Source: Synechococcus elongatus PCC 6301 (GTDB taxonomy: Bacteria; Cyanobacteriota; Cyanobacteriia; Synechococcales; Synechococcaceae). Taken from it: a DNA stretch of 32,000 nucleotides. The position numbers were made by a program, and so were the translations under genes. The stretch spans positions 1,440,001 to 1,472,000 of the forward strand of contig NC_006576.1 in assembly GCF_000010065.1 (NCBI RefSeq), written 5' to 3'. Each line of letters opens with the position of its first letter. Positions within the stretch are counted from its first letter, which is position 1. Of the stretch, positions 25,970 to 32,000 are shown piece by piece. The notes beneath the pieces were generated by a model, which was not told the DNA's origin, did not search any database, and was given only the letters and a program-made list of their open reading frames with translations.

Positions 25970-28356
25970 CTGAGCAAGTCCTCATTGACGGTGCTAAAGC
26001 TGCGGCCTTCAGCCACCACAATGCGATCGCCGCCCTTCTCTAGAGCTCGGCTGAGCACATCAATCGCTGCTGTAGTCAAGCTCGACAGGTCGGTTCCATG
26101 GATCGGAAATTCGGCAATGCCAGCACTGATCCGAATCGGAGCCTGACCCACCAACTCCGCTGAAGCCTCTCTGGACTGCTGGAGTAGTAATTTCACCTGT
26201 TCGATCCGCTGGATCGCGATCGACCAACCGACGCCGTAAAAGCCCAAGACAAATTGCTCATCGGTCCAACGGGCAACAACATCCTCGCGGCGGCAAGAGC
26301 GCTGGAGTCGGGCAGCCAGCTGGATCAGCTGCTGTCGATGAACTCCCGGAGCGATCGCCTCTCCTTCTGGCGGGGGCGACAGTTGAATCACCGCTAGGGT
26401 CAAGGGCTGACGATAGCGCTGGGCCAGGCCTAGTAGCAGCGACAACACCTCTCGGGCACGCCGTTGATTCACCAAACCAGTCAGGTTATCGGCGGCAGCC
26501 AGCCGCTGGAGCTGGCGGTACTTTTCCAAGCGGTTGTAAATCCGAGCCACTAGCTCGGAACTGGCGATCGGCTTCGTGATTACATCATCAGCGCCGTAGC
26601 GCAGGGCTTGCTGAACCAATTCAGAATCGTAGCGCTCCGCCAAAATCAGGATGGGCTGATTGATCCAGTAGCGATCGCTGCGCAGGGCTCGACAGAGCTC
26701 AAAGCCGTTGTAGCCCGGTAAATCGGCATCCAAGATGATCAGATCAGGCTGACTGCTCTCGAGTATTTCCCAGAATTGTTCGCCGCGCTTGCAGACCGTT
26801 AATTGCCAGCCCCAGGGTTGCAAGAGCTGTTGCAGGTAGGTCAGCAAAGCCGGGTCATCATCAGCAATGAGGACAGTGTCTGGGGTAACCTGCGGCTCCA
26901 GAAAGGTAAAGGCCTGATCAAGGATGACTTCCGCACTGACGAACTTGTGAAAAAAGCGCTGGCTACCCAGTCTGGCTGCCTGAATCCGCGAGGGCAAACT
27001 ACTATCGGAGACCAGCAGAATGGGCAAGTGCGGTTGACTCTGGACTAAATCCACCAGCAACGGATCCTCGAGTTGCTCGGGTGCAACCTCGAGAATCAGC
27101 AGATCGATCGCTTGGGAATCGAGACTATCGGCCGCACTGTCGAGATCCAGCCGGATCGTTGCCCCAAGGCCGCGCAGATTCGCTTTAGTGGCAACTTCTT
27201 CCGCCCATTGGCGATCGCGGCTCCAGACTTCGATCTGATTGCGGAGTCGTCGGCCATTGATCGCCGAAGCTGGGGCTAAGGGCGTGAGCGATCGCACCGG
27301 CGGTAGGGCATCCGAGGCTCCGAGCAGCACCCGCAGCTGTTGCACCTGAGCCAGCAGCGATTCTAGGGTAGTGGGGTTGGCCTCAGTTTCTAACTCCAAG
27401 GAGTGTAATCCAGCCGCCAGAATTCGGGCATTCTGCGACTCCTTCTCAAAGCCGAAGCTGCCGAGCGCACCCGCTAACGTCTGAGCATGACGGTAGGCCT
27501 CAGTCCGTTCAATGGCAGGAATCTGCTCCCAACCTGACAGGGTAATCGCGATCGCATCCAGCCGTTGCCAGTACTCATGGCGATAGCGTTGCCAAATCGC
27601 TTGCCGATTGGGAATTTGTGGAGCGTCATCTATGGACTGTGCAGCGTGGTTATCGAGGGTCTTGGGTTGCGATCGCCAATGCCAACCGAGGCCGTAGAGG
27701 AGTTCTAAACTTTCTGGAGAGCCGGCCACTGCCAGTTTGTAGTTGAGCTCTGTCACAATTTCCGAGAGCTGCAGGGGATTCGGCGCAACAGATTGAGGCC
27801 AAATCATACGCAGCAAAATCGACTCACTAAAGACGCGATCGGGAGAACTGAGCAACAGTTCTAGTAGGTCGTACTCCTCGGGTCGTAAATTGAGGTTGAT
27901 GCCGTCGAAGGAGGCTTGGCGCGATCGCGGCTGGAGGATGAAGTTGCCCCGACGGAACTGATCTGATTGCAAGGTCCGCAAGCGCCGCACCACTGCTCGC
28001 AGACGCGTGACAAATTCTGTCACGGGCATCGATTGCAGCCAGACTTCATCGGCCCCAGAGTCTAACAAGGCAATCGCCGGATCGTAGTCACCAGGGGCCG
28101 TGATCAGGACAATTGGCAGATCGTTGCGAGCCTTTAGTCCCGGCTCAGATTGACGCAACTGCTGACAGAATTGCGTCGTGTCGCTAGCTGACTGTAAACC
28201 ATTAATAAAAATCAGGTCAGCATTGGCTGATTGGAGACTTTTAATCCCGATGGGTAGGGAGGGAACAACCTTAAGCGCAATTCCTTCAGTTGTTAAAGCC
28301 TTACGCCAGCCTGCGGGGAGTTGCTCATTATTTACTACTAATAAAGCGCAAACCAT
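25966..28356 (-). CDS. multi-domain response regulator: pseudo-REC / OmpR-type wHTH / HPt-like / pseudo-REC / REC / degenerate GGDEF
   Basis: 796 aa.
- REC1: N9N10 and N52 occupy the acidic-pocket positions.
- wHTH: residues about 135-228.
- HPt-like: AYRH290AQTLAGALGSFG.
- REC3 is canonical: D499DD, D543, K595.
- GGDEF domain: NLTGLVNQRRA, active site reads TDEQF (nt 26251-26265), with RRED five residues upstream (nt 26281-26292). Confidence 0.9.
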   Translation of the reverse strand: MVCALLVVNNEQLPAGWRKALTTEGIALKVVPSLPIGIKSLQSANADLIFINGLQSASDTTQFCQQLRQSEPGLKARNDLPIVLITAPGDYDPAIALLDSGADEVWLQSMPVTEFVTRLRAVVRRLRTLQSDQFRRGNFILQPRSRQASFDGINLNLRPEEYDLLELLLSSPDRVFSESILLRMIWPQSVAPNPLQLSEIVTELNYKLAVAGSPESLELLYGLGWHWRSQPKTLDNHAAQSIDDAPQIPNRQAIWQRYRHEYWQRLDAIAITLSGWEQIPAIERTEAYRHAQTLAGALGSFGFEKESQNARILAAGLHSLELETEANPTTLESLLAQVQQLRVLLGASDALPPVRSLTPLAPASAINGRRLRNQIEVWSRDRQWAEEVATKANLRGLGATIRLDLDSAADSLDSQAIDLLILEVAPEQLEDPLLVDLVQSQPHLPILLVSDSSLPSRIQAARLGSQRFFHKFVSAEVILDQAFTFLEPQVTPDTVLIADDDPALLTYLQQLLQPWGWQLTVCKRGEQFWEILESSQPDLIILDADLPGYNGFELCRALRSDRYWINQPILILAERYDSELVQQALRYGADDVITKPIASSELVARIYNRLEKYRQLQRLAAADNLTGLVNQRRAREVLSLLLGLAQRYRQPLTLAVIQLSPPPEGEAIAPGVHRQQLIQLAARLQRSCRREDVVARWTDEQFVLGFYGVGWSIAIQRIEQVKLLLQQSREASAELVGQAPIRISAGIAEFPIHGTDLSSLTTAAIDVLSRALEKGGDRIVVAEGRSFSTVNEDLLS

Positions 28357-28964
28357 ATCGAGGGACTCCGTTAAAATTGCTCATCTCTAGAGACTTGGTC
28401 TAGAGGAGATTCATAGAATTGCTGAGGGAAATTTTGTTGACCAATGGACTTTTACACTCTGCTGATGGCTTCCACAGGCTGACTCATTGTCATTGTCAGT
28501 CCCAAAACAGGGAGGGATAAATGTGTTAAAAAAGTAAATTTTTTGGAAGGAATAGACTGTATTAATGCTAGGGCTGCTCCAGAATTTTAGCTGTTTGCTT
28601 ACTCTGGACATTCATGAATATTAATACCAGATTGTTTGACGTCAGGGCGGTTATCTTGACAAGGTTTATCAGCTTCAATCAGATGGAGCAGCCGCACCTC
28701 AGGGTGGCCGTCTAGACTCAGTCGATCGATTGAGGATCACGGCATTTTGGATCCATGCCTTGATAAAGGTTGTTGGAGTCTAACGCGATTGTGGTCTGCG
28801 GATCAGTTGTGCCGAGCAGACAACACCTGAATTGTTCAGGCCGTGGAGATGGGGGCAGCACAAGACCGAGGCTGGATGCGGGCTCAGTGCAGTGCCCTTG
28901 CGATCGCGTCTTGGACATCATTGAGGTGGAATAGCGAAACTGTCCTAGCGGCTCTCTGAGCAAT

Positions 28965-30131
28965 TTGTCGAGAGGGGCGATCGCCTCGTATGCTGGGCAG
29001 CAGTTTGCGTCGGAGCCCCAGTGGTTGGCGTTGCCCTTTCTATCCTTGGTCATTCCGACCTTTAACGAAGCGGAAAATATTCAGCCCCTGTTGCTGCAGC
29101 TGAATGAGCTACTCGATCGCGCCTTAGCCGATCGCTATGAACTGATTGTGGTGGATGATGACAGCCCCGATCGCACCTGGGCTTTAGCTGAACAGCTTCA
29201 GCCAAAGCTACCGATGCTGACCGTGTTGCGTCGCCAAGGTGATCGCGGTTTGGCGACAGCCGTAGTCTACGGTTGGCAGCGGGCACAGGGAGAAATTCTC
29301 GGGGTGATCGACGGTGATCTCCAACACCCGCCGGAAACGCTGCTGGCCTTGATCCAGACTATGCAAGCTGGGGCTGACTTAGCTGTGGCGAGTCGGAATG
29401 TCTCTGGCGGCGGCGTCAGTGATTGGAGCGTCTGGCGGCGGTTGGGTTCACGGGGGGCACAGCTGCTGGGCCTGCTGATTTTGCCTGAGGTGCTGGGACG
29501 GGTCAGCGACCCTATGAGTGGCTACTTTATGGTGCGGCGATCGCGGCTGGATCTGCCCAGTTTGCAACCCCGCGGCTACAAAATTCTGCTGGAAGTCATT
29601 GCCAAGGGACAGATTCGACAGATTCGAGAGGTAGGGTTTATCTTCCGCGAGCGCAGCCAAGGCGAGAGCAAGGTCACGGCGCGGGAATATTGGCACTACC
29701 TCCAGCACCTCTGCAGCCTGCGACTCCAGCGCTGGGAAAGTGCTCGTTTCCTCAAATTTGTTGGGGCGGGGGCCACGGGCGTCATCGTCGACAGTGTTGT
29801 CCTCTATCTCTTGCACGATCCCAGTCGCTTGGGCTGGCCCTTGCTCCTCAGTAAGTTCATAGCGGCTGAGGTCGCAATTCTCAATAACTTTGTCTTCAAT
29901 GAATTCTGGACATTTGGGGATTTGGCCCGGGGTAGCCAGCGCCGCTATTGGCCTCGTCGCTTCCTCAAGTTCAATCTGATTTGCTCGTTGGGTATTTTCT
30001 TAAATCTGCTCATTCTTAGCCTTTTGGTGGAAGGACTGAAGCTGCACTATCTGCCATCGAATTGGGTAGCGATCGCGGTTGTGACGCTCTGGAACTTCTG
30101 GCTGAATCGCAAACTGACGTGGGTCGGTTGA
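28965..30131 (+). CDS. family 2 glycosyltransferase (polyprenol-phosphate sugar synthase-like) fused to a GtrA-like membrane domain
   Basis: LSLVIPTFNEAENI, VVDDDSPDRT and DGDLQHPPE motifs. The C-terminal ~130 aa has 4 TM segments typical of GtrA. The start is uncertain (TTG 28965, or TTG 29025/29031). Confidence 0.85.
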   Translation: MSRGAIASYAGQQFASEPQWLALPFLSLVIPTFNEAENIQPLLLQLNELLDRALADRYELIVVDDDSPDRTWALAEQLQPKLPMLTVLRRQGDRGLATAVVYGWQRAQGEILGVIDGDLQHPPETLLALIQTMQAGADLAVASRNVSGGGVSDWSVWRRLGSRGAQLLGLLILPEVLGRVSDPMSGYFMVRRSRLDLPSLQPRGYKILLEVIAKGQIRQIREVGFIFRERSQGESKVTAREYWHYLQHLCSLRLQRWESARFLKFVGAGATGVIVDSVVLYLLHDPSRLGWPLLLSKFIAAEVAILNNFVFNEFWTFGDLARGSQRRYWPRRFLKFNLICSLGIFLNLLILSLLVEGLKLHYLPSNWVAIAVVTLWNFWLNRKLTWVG

Positions 30132-30138
30132 TGCACGG

Positions 30139-30696
30139 ATGGAATCCACAGGGTTAAGAATTCATTGGCAGCCCCCTTCGGAATCGGCGCAGAGCGAGCA
30201 ACTGATCTACGGAATACACCGCACTCTCTTCGGGGACTGTTTGATTGCCAAGACTGCAATCGGTATTTGTCAGCTGGAGCTGTTTGACAGGCTGAGTCCT
30301 ACTGAAGCGCGGCAATATGTCCAAGCAACTTGGCCAAAGGCAGATATCGAGGATCAGCCGACTGCAACGATCGCGATCGCCCAGCAACTCTTTTGCCATG
30401 CAGCCAAGGATCCAGACCCACTCTGTCTGCATGTACGTAGCACAGTCTTACAACAGCAAGTCTGGCAATCGCTGCTGCAGATTCCTCGGGGAGCCACCAC
30501 GACCTATCAAGCCTTAGCAGTCGCGATCGGACGACCCAAGGCTGCCCGTGCAGTTGGCAATGCAGTTGGTAAAAATCCGATCGCCTACCTCATTCCCTGC
30601 CATCGCGTCGTTCGACAGTCGGGGGAATTAGGGGGCTGTCGCTGGGGGCGCGATCGCAAACAACAGCTCTTAGCTTGGGAAGCAGAATGCTTCTAA
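30139..30696 (+). CDS. ogt: methylated-DNA--protein-cysteine methyltransferase
   Basis: 185 aa. TYQALAVAIGRPKAARAVGNAVGKNPIAYLIPCHRVV carries the PCHR active site. Confidence 0.9.
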   Translation: MESTGLRIHWQPPSESAQSEQLIYGIHRTLFGDCLIAKTAIGICQLELFDRLSPTEARQYVQATWPKADIEDQPTATIAIAQQLFCHAAKDPDPLCLHVRSTVLQQQVWQSLLQIPRGATTTYQALAVAIGRPKAARAVGNAVGKNPIAYLIPCHRVVRQSGELGGCRWGRDRKQQLLAWEAECF

Positions 30697-32000
30697 AAAC
30701 CCAAAGCGTCCAGTTGCTGAGTCAGAGGCTTTTCCGTCGCGATCGCTCGCACGAATCCTTGCTCATCTTCACTAAAGTCTTGCCAAGCAGTAAGTTGCTG
30801 AGCGAGTAAATCAGCAGTTGCATCTGCGATATCCCCTTGGCGGGCTTGCAGTCGTTGCCGCAACGTTTCTTCCGAAGCTTGGCAATGCAGAATCTGAATC
30901 GGAATTTGTTGAGCCTGAGCTGCTGTTAGGGCAGCCCCTCGATAGGCTTGTCGGTCGTATTTCGCATCGAGTATGACGCGATAGCCCGCTTGAGCGAGGC
31001 CCAGTCCTAGGTACAGGAGGCGACCATAAGTGCGATCGCTCATTTCAGGGCTGTAGATCTCAGGCCCGCCCCGTTCCAAGAGCGAGATACCCGCCAAATG
31101 CTTGCGGACAGCGTCCGATCGCAAAATGATGGCTCTCTGCCGTTCCGCGATCGTGCGTCCTAGGGTGGACTTACCCGAGCCCGAAAGACCACTGAGGAGC
31201 AGCAATTCTCCCTGCTGAGCCGGCTGGGCATAGGCATGAGCTAACTGATAGTAAGCAGCCGCTTGATCAAACGCCTGTTGCCGGCGATCGCTGTCAATTG
31301 CTGGATCATCTAACAGAAACGAAGTGACTTTTGCGCGGACATAGGCTTGACGACTCAAATACAGGGGCAAAACCTGTAGCCCTTCCCAATCGCCACTCAT
31401 TTCAGCATAGGCATTGAGAAAAGCTGTGCCTAAATCTTGGCGTCCCCGCGCATCCAAGTCCATGACCAAGAAGGCGATGTCGTACATGGTGTCGACAAAG
31501 CGAAATGGCTCATTGAACTCAATGCAGTCAAAGAGGAAGAGTTGATTGTCCCAACGGCAGAGATTGCCTAAATGCAGATCGCCATGGCATTCCCGGATTT
31601 TGTCAGCAGCCAGCCGCGCTGCAAATAGGTCAGCTTTCGTATCAAAGAAGCGATCGCTAAAGGCTTTGGTTGTGTCAAATTGAGCCTGAGTCTGTGGACC
31701 GCCGATATAGTGCAGAGTCTGCTGATAGTTCTCATCAAATGCTTTGCGGATCTGGGCAACTTGACCGTAGCTGCGGACATGGTCATCAACCCAGGTTTTA
31801 GTATGAAACTCAGCAACGACCGCTGCCAATTGCCGCATCACGCTAGCATCGAGCTGACCAGACTCAAATTGTTCCGAAAATAAGCAGCCCTTGGGAAACT
31901 GCTTCATCTGCAACACATATTCAGCGGCTGGCTCTGTTTCAGCAAACTGATAGCGATCGCCGGCTTGTGAAATTGCCAAGACTTGCTGATAAAGCGGGGC
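30693..32000 (-). CDS. bifunctional APH-like kinase / P-loop (AAA_33-type) kinase fusion, 5'-truncated by the window edge
   Basis: The reading frame stays open to nt 32000. The kinase catalytic loop is HGDLHLGNL followed by DCIEFNE. The C-terminal domain has Walker A LSGLSGSGKST. Confidence 0.8.
   Translation of the reverse strand, partial: APLYQQVLAISQAGDRYQFAETEPAAEYVLQMKQFPKGCLFSEQFESGQLDASVMRQLAAVVAEFHTKTWVDDHVRSYGQVAQIRKAFDENYQQTLHYIGGPQTQAQFDTTKAFSDRFFDTKADLFAARLAADKIRECHGDLHLGNLCRWDNQLFLFDCIEFNEPFRFVDTMYDIAFLVMDLDARGRQDLGTAFLNAYAEMSGDWEGLQVLPLYLSRQAYVRAKVTSFLLDDPAIDSDRRQQAFDQAAAYYQLAHAYAQPAQQGELLLLSGLSGSGKSTLGRTIAERQRAIILRSDAVRKHLAGISLLERGGPEIYSPEMSDRTYGRLLYLGLGLAQAGYRVILDAKYDRQAYRGAALTAAQAQQIPIQILHCQASEETLRQRLQARQGDIADATADLLAQQLTAWQDFSEDEQGFVRAIATEKPLTQQLDALGF

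Noticed and set aside
28411-29053. Minus-strand ORFs of 66 aa (28411-28611) and 111 aa (28718-29053) in the regulator/GT2 intergenic region.
   Set aside because: There is no SD, no motifs and odd composition. The second overlaps the GT2 gene start. I treat the region as non-coding.

Overview
This is a cyanobacterial chromosomal window. The HIP1 octamer GCGATCGC is scattered through almost every gene. The gene content (glnN, pgm, era, mraY, rsmI, rsfS, a CpcS-type bilin lyase, fibrillin, Ycf36, initiator tRNA) looks like a Synechococcus elongatus-type genome; the species call is inference. Most of the 32 kb is ordinary, densely packed housekeeping DNA, about 58% GC in a hand-counted sample. 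Many gene pairs have ATGA/GTGA start-stop overlaps.

The stand-out is a ~3.7 kb AT-rich stretch with no HIP1 copies (about 722-4383; ~28% GC in a hand-counted sample). It carries two translationally coupled genes:
- a 457-aa ABC/AAA-type ATPase (1091-2464);
- a 290-aa DUF4435/Toprim-type protein (2461-3333).

This is the split-OLD architecture of PARIS (AriA/AriB) anti-phage systems. A CsaA-type tRNA-binding protein gene lies tail-to-tail next to the pair. I read this as a horizontally acquired defence islet. Family membership, trigger and target cannot be established without profile searches and experiments.

Secondary points of interest:
- a locus at 6171-6572 where two same-strand frames both look protein-like and codon statistics switch between them;
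- a 796-aa multi-domain response regulator with pseudo-receivers, an HPt-like segment and a degenerate GGDEF that keeps its I-site;
- a JAMM/MPN plus MoeZ-type E1-rhodanese pair with no visible ubiquitin-like partner.

I saw no CRISPR array, rRNA, transposase or integrase.
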